Source of the DNA: Chiloscyllium plagiosum
Lineage: Eukaryota
NCBI RefSeq assembly: GCF_004010195.1
Contig: NC_057756.1
Coordinates: forward strand, 5,860,257 to 5,924,256
Direction of reading: 5' to 3'
Length of the DNA stretch: 64,000 bases
Shown here piece by piece: positions 26,169 through 41,087 of this stretch (its first letter is position 1; each line of letters opens with the position of its first letter). Position numbers and translations under genes: made by a program. The notes beneath the pieces are model-generated. The model had not been told where the DNA came from, ran no database searches, and saw only the letters and a list, made by a program, of their open reading frames with translations.

Positions 26169-26461
26169 TGACGCAAATAGATATAATAATCAAGTGACTT
26201 CCAAGCACACATTATGTGCCAATGTCTGATTTTAAAAAAAAGAGAGAAAATGCATACATACTCACGGACTCATTTAGAATATGTCCAAAGTACACACACT
26301 GTCCCTGAGACACATTACAAAATCACACAGCAACATTGCATCGACTGACAGCTACAGTTTGTTAACTACACTCTCATATTCACTGAGCAGAAGCTGACAG
26401 GCATAGATAGATAACCACACTCATGTATTAACATAGCCAAATCTGACAGGTATAAATTGAT

Positions 26462-28323
26462 TAGGGGAAAGTGAGGATTGCAGATGCTGGAGATTAGAGT
26501 CGAGAGTGTGGTGCTGGAAAAGCACAGCAGATCAGGCAACATCCGAGGAGCAGGGGAATCAAAGTTTCGGGAAAAAGCCCTTCATCAGGAATGAGGCTGT
26601 TAGTTGAGGGAGTGGTGAGGTAAATGGGAGGGGGGTGAGGCTGGAGGGAAGGCAGCTAAGAGTGCAATAGGCAGATGAAAGTGGGGGTAATGGTGGTAGG
26701 TCAGAGAGGAGGGTAGAACGGATAGTAGGAAGGAAGATGGACAGGTAGGACAGGTCATGAGGACAGTGCCAAGTTGGAGGGTTGGAACTGGGATAAGGTG
26801 GGGGGAGGGGAAATGAGGAAACTGGTGAAATCCATATTGATGCTGTGGGGTTGATGGGTCCTGATGCGGAAGATGAAATACTCTTCTTCCAAGCTTTGGG
26901 TAGTGAGGGAGTGGCGATGGAGGAGGTCCAGGACCTGCATGTCCTCCGCGGAATGGGAGGGGGAGTTTAAGTGTTCGGCCACAGGGCGGTGGGGTTGGTG
27001 GGTGCGGCTGTCCCAGAGCTGTTCTCCAAAGTGCTTTGTGAGTAGGCGTCCAGTCTCCCCACTGTAGAGGAGACCACATCGGGAGCAACGGATACAATAA
27101 ATGACATTAATGGATGTGCAGGTGAAACTTTGATGGATGTGGAGGGCTCCTTTGGGGTCTTGGATGGAGGTGAGGGAGGAGGTGTGGGCACAGGGGTGGG
27201 ATTCAACGGTGGAGGTGCAGGATGTGGATGAGATGCGCTGGAAAACATATTCAACCGTGTGGGAGGGGGAATTGCAGTCTTTAAAGAAGGAGGCCATCTG
27301 GTGTGTTTTGTGGTGGAATTGGTCCTCCTGGCAGCAGATACAGCAGATACGGCAGAGGCGGAGGAATTGGGAATACAGGAGATAGGGTGGAAGGAGGTGT
27401 AGTCCCGGTAGCTGTGGGAGTCAGTGGGTTTGTAGAAGATGTCAGTGTTGAATTGGTCACTGTTGATGGAGATGGAGAGGTCCAGGAAAGGGAGGGAGGT
27501 GTCTGAAATGGTCTAGGTGAACTTAAGGTCGGGGTGGAAGTTGATGAACTGTTCAACCTCCTCATGGGAGCACAAGCTGGTGCAGAATCAGTCATCAATG
27601 TAGCAGAGGAAAAAGTGGGGATTGATGCCGTCATAACTATGAAAGATGGACGGTTCCTGGTAACCAACAAAGAGACAGGTATATCTGGGGCCCATGCGGG
27701 TGCTCATGATCACTCCTTTCAGCTGGAAGAAGTAGGAGGATTCAAAGGAGAAATTATTGAGGGTGAGGACCAGTTCAGCCAAACAAATTAGTGTCAGTGG
27801 AAGGATACTGGTGGGGACGTCGGGTGAGGAAGAAACGGAGGATTTAGAGGCCTTGGACATAGCAGATGGAGGTGTACAGGGACTGGATGTCCATGGTGAA
27901 GATGAGGCGTTGGGGACTATGGAAATAAAAGTCTTGGAGGAGGTGGAGGGCGTGGGTGGTGTCCCAAACATATGTGGAGAATGTCTGGACTGGGGGTATA
28001 GGAATGTATCAAGGTATGTGTAGGTAAGTTCTATGGAACAGGAGCAGGCCAAGACGATGGGTTGGCTGGGGTAGTCAGGCTTGTGGATCTTGGGTAGGAA
28101 GTAGAAAATGGCGGTGGGGCGTTTCCAGACCATGAGGTTGGAAGCTGTGGGTGGGAGATTCACTGAGTTGATGAGGTTGTGCATGGTCTGGGAGATGATG
28201 GTTTGGTGATGGGGAAATGAGGTCGTGGTCGAGGAGGCAGTAGGAGGAGGTGTCTTCTGGCTTTAGTGGTATAGTGGTCAGTGCACCAAACTACCAATCC
28301 TCCCCCAACCCCACTCCCCCCTT
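26462..28323 (-). mobile_element. Penelope-like element (RT, GIY-YIG, pLTR), decayed
   Basis: YFLPKIHKP, LNNFSF, MSTRMGP, YIDD; VIYCIRCSRCGLLYSGETG; 13-bp TSD ggtataaattgat (26449-26461 and 28324-28336). Confidence 0.92.
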
Positions 28324-29112
28324 GGTATAAATTGATAACTAGCCTGACACGTTCACTTTGGAGAAACTGACAGGTATAGATTGTTAACTCATTTACGCAA
28401 TTCATGCAGCAAACTCTGACAGAGACAGATTTATAACTAAACTCACATGTTCAAATAGAAGAAACTGTCAGGTAGATACGAATAATGACTCTTGCATTCC
28501 CAGACCAAAAATAATTACAGGTAGCATACAATAAATGCATTTACACATTCACAAATCCAGAAATGGATTGATGCATTAATCACATGCACATAGCAGAATC
28601 TGAAAGGAAGACATGAGGAATAACATTCATTCTTTCAGACAGTATAAACTGACATGTACAATTTGATAACTATGGTCACATATTGACAGAATCTGACAGG
28701 TAAAAAAATGATAACTGTGCTGATATTGACAAAGCAGAAACTGACAGGCATCGATAGACAGCCACAATCACATATTCACAGTCAAATCTGATAGGGAGAG
28801 ATTGACTGCAACATTCACATATCCACTTAAAACAAATTGACGAGAACAGATTGATAACTATATTGACGTATTCACACAGCAGAGTCCAAACAATACAGGT
28901 TGAGAACTCTATTCTCTCATTCACATTGCTGAAACTTATAGGGAAGAATAATAAATGCATTTACACATTCACAAACCTGAAACTGACAGGTACAAATTAG
29001 TAACTACATTCTCAGATACACAGAACAGAAACTGACAGGTGCAGGTTAGTAACAACACTCTCACCTGTAAAGCAGAAACTGACAGGTAGAGATTGATACC
29101 TGCGCTCTCAGA

Positions 29113-29782
29113 CATAGAGTCATAGAGATGTAAAGCATGGAAAAAGACCCTTCGGTCCAACCCGTCCATGCCGACCAGATATCCCAACCCAATCTAGTCC
29201 CACCTGCCAGCACCCAGCCCATACCCTCCAAACCCTTCCTACTCATATACCCATCCAAATGCCTCTTAAATGTTGCAATTCTACCAGCCTCCACAACATC
29301 CTCTGGCAGCTCATTCCATACACGTACCACCCTCTGTGTGAAAAGGTTGCCCCTTAGGTCTCTTTTATATCTTTCCCCTCTCACCCTAAACCTATGCCCT
29401 CTCGTTCTGGATTCCCCAACCCCAAGGAAAATACTTTGTCTATTTATCCTATCCATGCCCCTCATAATTTTGTAAACCTCTATAAGGTCACCNNNNNNNN
29501 NNNNNNNNNNNNNNNNNNNNNNNNNNNTTTCAAGGAGCCATGAACCTGCACTCCAAGGTCTCTTTGTTCAGCAACACTTCCTAGGACCTTACCATGAAGT
29601 ACATAAGTCCTGCTAAGATTTGGTTTCCCAAAATGCAGCACCTCGCATTTGTCTGAATTAAACTCCATCTGCCACTTCTCAGCCCATTGGCCCATCTGGT
29701 CCAGATCCTGTTGTAATCTGAGGTAACCCTCTTCGCTGTCCACTACACCTCCAATTTTGGTGTCATCTGTAAACTTACCAAC
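29113..29782 (-). mobile_element. CR1 3' fragment (contains a 35-N gap at 29493-29527)
   Basis: KFTDDTKIGGVVDSEEG and FTQRVVRVWNELPE; (ctatgact) tail. Confidence 0.92.
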
Positions 29783-31124
29783 TGTTTTGCACATCAGAAA
29801 CTGACAGGGACAGATTGATAAATAGAACCACTCATTCATATATCAGAAACTGACAGGTACAAATTTACCGTTTCACATAGCAGAAACTGACAGGTTCAGA
29901 TTGATAACTACACTCTCATATTCACAGAGCAGAAATTGACAGGGACATATTGATGATTGCACATGGTAAAAACTAACATAAGTAGATTGGTAACTAAACT
30001 CACATACCTACATCCCAGAAACAGTCAAGGCGTGATCATTGTGTGAATATGTAAATATACTTCTCAATCAGTCTCTATTAGTTTCTAATATGTGGACACA
30101 TGAGTGTTGTTATGAATGTGCACCTGTCAGTCTTTGCTATGTGAATATGCCACCAGAGAGGACAGATTGATCATTAACACATGCACAATGTATATACTGA
30201 CAGGCACAACTGGATATGCAGACTCGCATATTCACCAAATGGGAACTGACTGGTGTGTATCAATGCCGAAACTTATTTCCACGTAGCCACTTAACATCGG
30301 GTAATCACAATCATGGAGCAGTACAGGTGTTGGTGTGTTTCTGGATCTTCCTTAATTGGATGGAATAATTATTTTTAAATCTCCAGACAAAAAGCAGTTC
30401 AGGGCAAGGGTGGAATCTGTTCAAATTGCTGCCTTTAAACAAACAATCCTAATGATTATTAACTGAATACTACATTGATCAGTTAGATATTGTCAGACTT
30501 AGGTAATGTTGATAACTCTCTGTCTTCCTCCAGGCAAATATTTGAAGGATGAAGACAATCTCGTGTTTCTTTGATACACAGCCAAGTGTGACCAACACCT
30601 TCTAACAAACAGCAGTATGTTACCACTACCAGAGTGGAGAATGTCCTTCCCATTGATACTGCACAGATTGAATCAGACTCACATTGAGCTCAATCTCCAG
30701 GTTCAAACCAGGAGCCAAACACCATGAAGGGAAATGCAAGTTTATTGTTTGATTTCCTTCCATTCATAATGTAGACCAATCCATTTCCAATAAGTTTAGG
30801 CATTTATAGCCCATTGATACTTTGAAGGGGGAAGACTGAATCCTCATCCATGATATATACTCAGCAAATGAATCAAATCTACATTTATTAAGAGCATTTT
30901 TAAAGTAACAAACAAGGTTTAAAACAGCAATTCTGCTATGACATGGATTCAACAAACTTACGTGAGATAGTTGTTAAATACAGACATAGAACGAAACTGC
31001 ACTCACAGAAATGAAGAGATTTAACAAAAATAAAGAACGAAACACACTTTCATTTTGTTAACTAATAACTGCAAAGGACAGAATTACTCCATTATCCCAT
31101 ACATAGACACAATAAATCAATTGT

Positions 31125-31417
31125 GGCGGTACGGTGCCTCACAGCACCAGGGTCCTGGGTTCAATTCCTGGTTCTGTGTGTTTGCACATTCTCCCCGTGT
31201 CTGCGTGGGTTTCCTCCGGGTGCTCCAATTTCCTCCCACAATCCAAAGATGTGCAGGTTAGGTGAATTGACCATGCTAAATTGCCCGTAGTGTTAGGTGT
31301 GTTAGTCAGGGGTAAATACAGGGTAGGGGAATGGGTCTGGGTGGGTTTCTCTTTGGAGGGTCGTGTGGGCTTGTTGGGCCGAAGGGCCTGTTTCCACACT
31401 GTAGAGAATCTAATCTA
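31125..31417 (+). mobile_element. HE1-type V-SINE
   Basis: V core and aatctaatct tail. Confidence 0.88.
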
Positions 31418-32284
31418 ATAAATGACTTCCATACACAAAAACAGAAATAGCTGGAAAAATGCAGCAGGTCTAGCAGTGTGTGTGAAGAGAAAGCAGAGTT
31501 AATATTGTGGGTCTTTCAGCCCATTGAGTCTGCACAGGTCAGAAACAACCAGCGAACAATTCTATTTTTATTCCATTTCCATAAATATATCACAGTGGCA
31601 GAAGCAATGACATTTTTTCTTTATCCCAACATTATCCCAACTTTATCCCTCAGTTTCTTCACCTTGCAGGAATCAATTTTTCTTTTGTTCTCTCTTCAAC
31701 ATAAAGACATATTTTAATAAATGTATACCTTTATTTTCAAATTTGCTTAATTGTTCTTCGAAGGGCCTTGTTTTCCTCTTGATCCTCCCTATGAAGTATT
31801 GCACAAAACACACAAAAACCTGATGTCATGTTATCAAATAATCAGTATAATCAAACACTCGTCTTTCAAAACAGTGGAGAAAGACAGATTTAGACAAATC
31901 AAGAAGATTTGTCAAGCTACTTATTTTGTTTTTTACAAGAAGATTCTTACAGTATTGTTTCTTCAATAAGTTTAGTTTCACTGTTCCAAATTTCTCTGCT
32001 GCATGGCTGAGAATAAAGGTCTTCCTGCCATTCTCCTCCCCACCATAAAACAACACAAGCATACCACGAAAGGAAAGTAACAACACTGTACATGGCAGGA
32101 TAATGTCCCAGCTACAAAAGAAAGGAGAAGTGAATGAGCCAAATCTCTTTCCTTTATTGGGATCACTGTGGTCAGTCAGCCACAATGCATTTATTCATTG
32201 CACTTTCCCTTTCATACTCACATAAAAAATTAACACCTGCCTTTACTTCAGCAGTATTCAAAAAATGTGTCACTATGCATAGTT

Positions 32285-33257
<973 letters not shown>

Positions 33258-33287
33258 AGAGGCTGATCTTGACTCTGACAACCCAAA

Positions 33288-33328
33288 GGCTCTTTTCAGA
33301 GCCGCTCACAATATCCGAGAAAGAAACT
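33288..33328 (+). terminator. Histone 3' stem-loop plus putative histone downstream element (HDE)
   Basis: GGCTCT-TTTC-AGAGCC at 33288-33303 preceded by ccaaa; purine-rich gagaaaga ~14 nt downstream. Confidence 0.93.
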
Positions 33329-33349
33329 AGACCCCCACCTCTTATTTTT

Positions 33350-34010
33350 GCCTTAAACCAACTATACATTTCCATAATCTGCATCCCCTGCATTTTGCTA
33401 CCCCATTCTATGCATCCTAATTCTTGCTGAATCGTATTATAATTGCCCTTGCCCCATTGGTAACACTTGACCTGTGGCATGTACCTATCCCTTTCCATCG
33501 CTAAACTAAACGTAACTGAATTATGGTCACTCTCTCCAAAGTGCTCACCTACAACTAAATCAAACACCTGGCCTGGGTCATTACCAAGCACCAGATCCAG
33601 TGTGGCCTCCCCTCTTGTCGACCCTTCGACATCCTGTGTCAGGAAACCCTCCTGTACACATTGGACAAATACTGATCCATCCGACGTACTAGAGTTATAG
33701 CATTTCCAGTCAATGTTGGGAAGTTAAAGTCACCGATAATGACCACCCTGTTCCTTTCACTCCTACCCAGAATAATGTTGCTAATCCTCTCTTCCACCTC
33801 CCTGGAACTCTGCGGAGGTCTATAAAGATCTCCAAGCAGTGTGACCTCTCCTCTCCTTTTCTAACCTCAGCCCACACTACCTCAGTAGACGAGTCCTCAT
33901 CAAATATTCTCTCAGTCACCGTTATACTATCTTTGACTAATAAGGCCATGCCTGTTTTTAATGAAAGATCTAAACCCTGGAACCTGCAACATCCATTCCT
34001 CATCCTGCTC
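33350..34010 (-). mobile_element. CR1 endonuclease-region fragment
   Basis: EHFGESDHNSVTF, WGKGNY, ALLVKDSI, EVVWAEVR. Confidence 0.85.
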
Positions 34011-34319
34011 TATCCGCCGCCGAATCCATAGAGAGTGTGGCCCTGGCGTTTCAGAGCGTACACCACATCCATGGGGGGGAACTGTCTTGCATTCAGCGTG
34101 CTCAGTGTAGGCGACTACATCCCTGATCACATTCTCCAGGAAAACCCTTTAATACCCCGCGGCTCTCCTCATCGATCAAGTCCGAGATGCGCTTGACCCC
34201 GCCACGGCGAGCCAGGCGCCGGGTGGCTGCTTTCGTGAATGCCCTGGATGTTATCCCGGAGCACTTTGCGGTGCCGCTTCGCTCCACCTTCCCCAGGCCC
34301 TTCCACCTCCCCCAGACAT
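34010..34319 (-). pseudogene. H4: Histone H4 pseudogene
   Basis: atgtctgg start; [15 protein letters not shown] / [18 protein letters not shown] / FLENVIRD / MDVVYALKRQGHTLYGFGG spread over several frames; no 3' stem-loop. Confidence 0.93.
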
Positions 34320-34984
34320 CACGCTTCTTCACTCAAACCCCTGCTGAATGAGAGCGGAGCTGCCTCCCCTTCCCTGATGATACAGCCCGGCCTGGCCCTG
34401 ACTGAGAAAGGGACAGAGAGTGAGAGACAGTCCCGGCCGGAAAGTGAGGGACAGACAGAGCCCAGAAATGGCTGTGACCATCCAGCTCCTCCTCCAGCTC
34501 ACTCCAGCCCCGAACTGTGTCTGTAACTGAACTTTTCCGCACAGTGGCCGAGAACTCAGTGCTCAGCGGGAAACCTACAGACTTCTGCCTCATGTTCATG
34601 GAGAGGAAAAACAGGAGCTTCATAAACACAGTTTGTTCCAATTAACCGCCATGTTCCAGCCTCTCTCTAACAAGACAACACCACTATTTCCATTTCAATA
34701 TCAGCTTCCAATCCTGCCGCTGAATTCAACCAAGTCATTTCTTGGGGATTCTGTGTGAAGCCAGTGTTCCTCTCTTAAGACAGTTTCTCTGAATGTGGGA
34801 AAAGGAAACGGACATGAACTGAAAGTGTCCCTGAGCCGGTGGTCAGTGACAGTGAGAACGGGACCTCACGCTGAATCATTGTGGAGTGTGGGAGAGAGGT
34901 TGGATGTAAAAAAAATTGCAAGGAAGTGCACATTCGATCTTTTCAAATACACCCAGAGGATTTCATCGAGCCCTCTGAAGAAGG

Positions 34985-35288
34985 CTCAGAGGTTAGCACT
35001 GCTGCCTCACAGCGCCAGGGTCCCAGGTTCGATTCCAGCCTCAGGCGACTGACTGTGTGGAGTTTGCACATTCTCCCCGTATCTGCGTGGGTTTCCTCCG
35101 GGTGCTCCGGTTTCCTCCCACAGTCCAAAGATGTGCAGGTCAGGGTGAATTGGCCATGCTAAATTGCCCACAGTGTTAGGTGCATTAGTCAGAGGGGAAA
35201 TGGGTTTGGATGGGCTACTGTTCAGAAGGTTGGTGTGGACTTGTTGGGCCGAAGGGCCTGTTTCCACACTGTAGGGAATCTAATCTAA
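34985..35288 (+). mobile_element. HE1-type V-SINE
   Basis: Head, V core and tail. Confidence 0.9.
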
Positions 35289-36052
35289 ACTTCGGACGTG
35301 AAATCAAACATCGGGACACCTCACCTGTCCCACCAGAGCCCCAGTTTGTTTTTGACACAGTCCACTCGATCAGCAGGGCTCGGGACCGACAGTCTGGTCC
35401 CCGGGCTCTGTCTGTTAAATAGAGTCGGCTATGAAAGCCAACCGTCAACTTTTAGTTTATATTGAGCTCAGAAATCAATCATTATTGTCGAGCATAAAAA
35501 AAGACATTAAATGTCCATTCTTGGGGCAGGGTGGTGTTTACCTCGGGAAGGACTGACCTGTCCTGGGGGGAGTATTCGAAATGTTCTCTACACAGGATCC
35601 TGGGATGAGGGGAATTATCCAGCCAGGAGAAACTGAGCAAACTGGGCCTATAATCCAGAGAGTTTAAAGCCATGGGAGTTTATCACAGTGAGATGTCATT
35701 TTATCGAGGGGGCCGATTCCCTTCTTAGAATCTCCAGAGTGTGGAAACAGGCCCTTTGGCCCAACTGGTCCACACCAACCCTCCGAAGAGTATCCCACCC
35801 AAACACATTCCCTTATCCTATTATTTTAAACCTCCTTGGTCTACTGCATCTCACAAAGGGGTTCCAGTCTCAGGATATGGGCTGACCATTTTGCATAGAG
35901 AGTCCTTCAATCAGGTGGTTGTCAATCTATGCGATTGCCTCCGAAGGGAGCTATTCTGTTGTTGATTAGATTTAAGACAGAGGTCAATAGAAATTTGGGT
36001 ATGAAGAGAATTAAGGGATGTGGGGGTATGGAACTGACCGAGACGATCTGCT

Positions 36053-36318
36053 AGCGGGTGACACAATGGCTCAGTGGTTAGCACTGCTGCCTCACAGCAC
36101 CAGGGTCCCAGGTTCGATTCCAGCCTCGGGTGACTGTCTGCGTGGGTTTCCTCCCACAGTCACAAAGATGTGCAGCTCAGGTGAATTGGCCATGCTGAAT
36201 TGCCCCATAGTGTTAGGTGCATTAGTCAGAGGGAGATCGGTCTGGGTGGGGTATCCTTTGGAGGATTGGTTGGGTCGAAGGGCTTATTTCCACACTGTCG
36301 GGAATCTAATCTAATCTA
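36053..36318 (+). mobile_element. HE1-type V-SINE (internal deletions)
   Basis: Head, partial core and tail. Confidence 0.88.
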
Positions 36319-36349
36319 AACTGAATGGCACAGCAGCTTGAAGGGCAGT

Positions 36350-37183
36350 ACAGATAATGGAGGGGGCTTCCCAATAAGAAGCTAGGCCTGTCCTTGTGAC
36401 TACCCCAAACACACGGGTAGTCCATGGCGACACAGTATGATCACCCTGGGCGCTTAGGATGAAAGCTGCTCAACACAAAGAGGTGGGTCTTTTGGCAAGA
36501 GATGCAATTATTGTTCCAGATTGGCTACTTCCATCCCACAACTGGCAAGATGGAGGTGCCGTTAGGGGTCTCATACCACAAAGAGCCTGAACAACAGTAA
36601 TAACAGGGATACATTCCTCCTGTAAGCATACACATGAGATGCGAGGATCCATAAGGGAGCAATGGCGGTTGGTAAGTGCACCCCCATCCTAATATTAGAG
36701 TAAGTCTACAAGCAACTAGCAACTAAGTAATAGTCAAAAGAAACGTTATGTCCGGTAAACGCCATAGAAGTATTCCATACTCCTTTGTTGGGATTTGGAA
36801 GGGGAAAGGGGTAAAAGAGTAAAGTTTCTCCCTTTTCTCTTTTGCGATGTGCAGATTTATACCTCTTTGAATAGAGGCAAGGCTTACCTGAACACAACTG
36901 AAATCAAACCAGCATAAAACACCTTGACAGGGTAAAGGCCATTGAGAATTGTCCTGTAAACGAACTGTCCGATCTTCTTAATGCAGTTGACAATTGTGAC
37001 AGTCACTCTTGGTAACGTTACATGCATTGAAGGAATCAGTCTCTCAGCACACAAGAACATCTTTTTGGCATAAATGATGGACAGTGTCTGGTCGCTCAGG
37101 ATCACATGGGTAACAGTCCCTTCTTCAGCACCAATGCCAGCGATGACGAGTCCACAGAGCAGGGTAAGTTCGATCTTCATCAT
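36350..37183 (-). pseudogene. env: ERV env-like 5' remnant
   Basis: MMKIELTLLCGLVIAGIGA hydrophobic leader just after the integrase C-terminus; Cys-rich broken frames follow. Confidence 0.55.
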
Positions 37184-37214
37184 CTCCCCCTTGCAAGGGG
37201 CTCATCTGATGACC

Positions 37215-37850
37215 TTGTAATGATGGAGGTGTCCGGCGACCTTATCAGCAGTAGGGGTGATGAGGAGAACTTGGAAGGACCCCTTCCATCAAGGTTGGAC
37301 ACTGGGATGTATCCATTGTAATAAAGTCTAAGCCATTCCCTCCTTGCCCAAGTGTGTACAAAATACAGAATCAACTAAAATAGAAACGCAAACTTGTCCA
37401 GCAGGAGTGACCCACATTTTGGTTTGCGTATCGAGGGAGTACCCTATTTGAGGCCAGAGATTGTGCTCTTCAGTAGGGGGCTTTCCCTGTGATTTTGTAC
37501 CTTTCCCAGGTCTGGCATACCTACCCCCATATTGTCTCAATCCGGGCTTTGCTGGGGATCCAATGGGACCAAAAGTTTGGGTGTAAGGCTGGCTGCTTGG
37601 CAGCAGCATCCATCTACTCATTACTTTGGAAACTGTATCAGTTGCCTCAGCATGAGGCGAACATCTTAATAACTGCAAGATTGATTGGACAAAAAGCATT
37701 CCTTTAAACCTGCCCCATGGAGGTTAAAAATCCTTGATGTTTCCACAAGGCTCCATAATCGTGGGTCACACCAAAAGCACAACGAAGAGTCAGTGTACAT
37801 TTGCAGATTTTCCTTTTGCTAGGACGCAAGCATGTCGATTCCCCATGTTA
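37215..37850 (-). pseudogene. pol: ERV pol remnant (RNase H, integrase ends)
   Basis: ACVLAKGKSAN/YTDS/RCAFGVTHDYGALWKHQGFLTS; WVTPAGQVC..THLGKEGM; QP*WKGSFQVLLITPTADKVAG. Confidence 0.88.
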
Positions 37851-37864
37851 GCTCCAAGGTAACA

Positions 37865-39105
37865 TTAAAGACACATCACTCCCCAGTGGCCACATTCCCA
37901 CAGTTAAAGCAAGGGCTAGCCATTTGTCCCTGGAGCATTTTGCTGTCTTGTTCCTAATCCCAAAGATGTAATATTAAACCTGCCTGTCCCCATTTCCAGG
38001 GTCCCCCCGGGAAAAGGTTGCTCAGCAGTGGTCGGTGAGTGGGCATCTGAGGTAGGTTACACCCCCAGTGGGTATCCTGGACTGAATCAACCCTCTCAGG
38101 GCTGGCACACGGCATTTGGGTTGGCAAGGGCACTGGATATAATTGGTTTTACCTGTAACTTGCGTCGTGGTTCAGTCTGGTTCTGGCAATCCCAATAGAA
38201 AACTACCGCTAACCTCATTTGTGACTGGAAATTCCTGGACTAGTTCATATTGTTTGTCTGGTTCATGTCAGTGACACCAGGAGGAAAACACTGCAAAAGC
38301 ATAGGGTTAAACAAAGGCATAAGCCCTTCCTGAAGAAGGGTTTATGCCCGAAACGTCGATTTTCTGTTCCTTGGATGCTGCCTGACCTGCTGCGCTTTTC
38401 CAGCAACACATTTTCAGCTCTGATCTCCAGCATCTGCAGTCCTCACTTTCTCCTTAAACAAAGGTGATCAAGCTTCTTGATTATTTTTCAATTGTATACC
38501 ACTTCTGTTAGACAGATAGCCACATATTTCAGTATTATAACACAAGCCATTCATATTCAGGCTAATCCCAGAATTTTGCTGCATTTACATCAGTATCACC
38601 CTTGGACATACTGAGCAAATTGGGCCGGTTTATTCTTGCAGTCAGGGGCATGCTTCATTCACATTACTCTAATTGTCAGGATGGGTCCTGGTTTAGGATG
38701 GCACAGGCCACTCATCCCCATGATATCAGCTATGAAAACCGGATAGTTTCAAAAGGAGGAAAAGTTTGTAATGGTGGGGAAGGGGGGGCGGGGGCAGTGT
38801 GCTGGGGACAATCAGGAGATGCTAGGGGCTCAGCAGGTATCCAGGAATAAAATCCCCATCCTCAAATCAAGTCGGTATGCCAGACATATATTCTACTTGG
38901 ACTCAGTGGCCTTACACTGTTTCTCCTGTCCCTTTTATTTTTTCATATACCCGTTCAGTCAGCTATGAACAGCTCCCAGCTTTTGGGAGTTCCATCTGCA
39001 ATACATACCTCTATTCCCCAATCACATGGAGAATTCCTTCAACTGCCCAGTAAGGTATCTTTCCATTCTTTAGTTAGCAAAGAATTAATGCGGCCATGTT
39101 TCAAA
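37865..39105 (-). pseudogene. gag: ERV gag remnant
   Basis: Frameshifted CCHC knuckle CFNCGN/GHWGVMC at ~37871-37911; Pro-rich tract ~38770-38830; 5' limit uncertain. Confidence 0.6.
38318..38453 (+). mobile_element. Solo pLTR/HHR insertion (core 38330-38357)
   Basis: CTGAAGA-a-GGGT-ttat-GCCC-GAAA-CGTC; 11-bp TSD ttaaacaaagg (38307-38317 and 38454-38464). Confidence 0.88.
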
Positions 39106-40426
39106 TTACCCATGAGGCAATGAGAAAGGTCACTGACAATCTGTAAAGGAATAAAACCAAGCAATCCTGCCAATTCATTCTGATTTTGTGATTCAGGGCT
39201 AATACAATTGATTAAATTTAAAAAATCACTATCTGTAATTCAGAGGTGGAAACTGAACAAGTGACTAAGACATTTTAAATGTCATCAATATAAATTGGAA
39301 ATTCATTTATTCAGTATTCACTATTTAAAATGTGTACAGTTTTCCAACTCTGAAATCCACTGTAATTACCCAGTTCGAGTTTCTTAGTTTAAATCCCAGA
39401 TTAGGTTCTATGAGTGGTGCTGACCGGTCATTGCTCATTTACAATGCTATAGGGCGTGAAATGACTGCAGTTGCCTTATAAGGTCTTGTCTACTCACATG
39501 GTAACAAAATACTTCTCATGTGCAAATAATGGCCGACTCCAAAGACACAGATTAACCATAGGATGTTAATTTTGTTCCATGATTTATCACAACCTAATGT
39601 TGAACTGAAACTTCAACTGTCATTGATATAAAACAGAGGTACGACTTGCACACCATGGTCGCCAATGAAACACAGCAGTCTTAAAAGTAAGTGGAAACAA
39701 ACGAATCTGAAACAAATATTCGTGTATAATTTTCTGAAAACAATGCTGTTGGTTTGGGATATTTTGGATCTGTCTTGATGCTTCCAGTTTTACAAAATTT
39801 AACTAAATTAAACAGAGTTCATGCAATTCCTCCACTCAATGAGCAAACGTTAAAGTCTGAAGTGATTTTCCTCAATGTTAGGTTTAGATTATAAGTAAAA
39901 TTGAGCAGAGACCTGCTCTCATCCTGGAAGAGAATGATTCTGCACCTGAGGCCCAGGTTTAGTGCTACTGCTTTAATTCCTTGAGTCAATTCTTTCATTA
40001 GTCCAACACATCGGGGTGAGAGGGGTGAAATTGTGGGGAATCCGAGAGCAAGTTTATACTGATATCAGATGGTGCAGAATCAAAGGAGAAGATTTTTTTT
40101 AAAGACTATAATGTCATCTTCCTCCATATTAAACTGATTTGAAATTGAATAAGATTAGCTTTCATGTAAGCATAAAAGTGATTAGTTAGAAATTGACAGT
40201 AGGGCAGTCATGGCCTGTACAAAGAACAAGGGTTAACATTTCATTTCATAATCACTGATGGATCCTTAACCTTAAAAGAAATCTTGTTAAATTCTCAAAA
40301 TGCAAATCAAATTCGAAAGTCCCCGATCTCGAGCTCTAGGGTAAAAAACACAAACAAGCAAATGTGCATCCAAACCGAATGTGAAAGAGTTAAACTTTCT
40401 GCAAGCTGTAGGGAATCAGCGCTGAT

Positions 40427-40459
<33 letters not shown>

Positions 40460-40792
40460 CACGAACATTTTAAGGTAATGAAGCACTCACATTCCAGGAG
40501 TCAAAGTTAGGGAGTTTTAGCCTCATAAATCTTGGCTGTGGCACATAGCTGCTGAACCAAATGTACGAGAATTGTATCATTGGCCAGCTTTCTTTTTTTT
40601 TAAAAACACGACAAAAGCAACCACCCTCTATATTTCATAAACAAAGAACAAACGCCAAAACAAACAGACAAACGAGACAAGCCAAGCCAAACAGATACAG
40701 AGAGGATAATCTCAACCTAAAACTTTCACTAGTCAACAACCTGACAACGAACAACAAGACTAGTGATTTCTCCAAAACATTCAACATTTGTG

Positions 40793-41087
40793 CGGTAGCA
40801 CTGTTGCCTCACAGCACCAGAGACCCGGGTTCAATTCCTGCCTCAGGCTTCTCTCTGTGTGGAGTTTGCACGTTCTCCCCGTGTCTGCGTGGATTTCCTC
40901 CAGGTGCTCCGGTTTCCTCCCACAGTCCAAACAAAAAAATGTGCAGGTTAGGTGAATTGGCCAGGCTAAATTGCCCGTAGTGTTAGGTGAAGGGGTAAAT
41001 GTAGGGGAATGGGTCTGGGTGGGTCGGTGTGGACTTGTTGGGCTGAAGGGCCTGTTTCCAACTGTAAGTAATCTAATCTAATCTAAA
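40793..41087 (+). mobile_element. HE1-type V-SINE in the ERV leader
   Basis: V core and (aatct)n tail. Confidence 0.9.

Larger units (their letters stand above)
26335..30270. repeat. Degenerate ~50-bp tandem array, split by PLE and CR1 insertions
   Basis: Recurrent agaaactgacaggtac-a-attgataactacactctcatattcac units at 26335-26461, 28324-29112 and 29783-30270. Confidence 0.8.

Noticed and set aside
28324..30270. Repeat array as a possible CRISPR
   Set aside because: Eukaryotic context; whole units are degenerate copies with no unique spacers and no cas genes.
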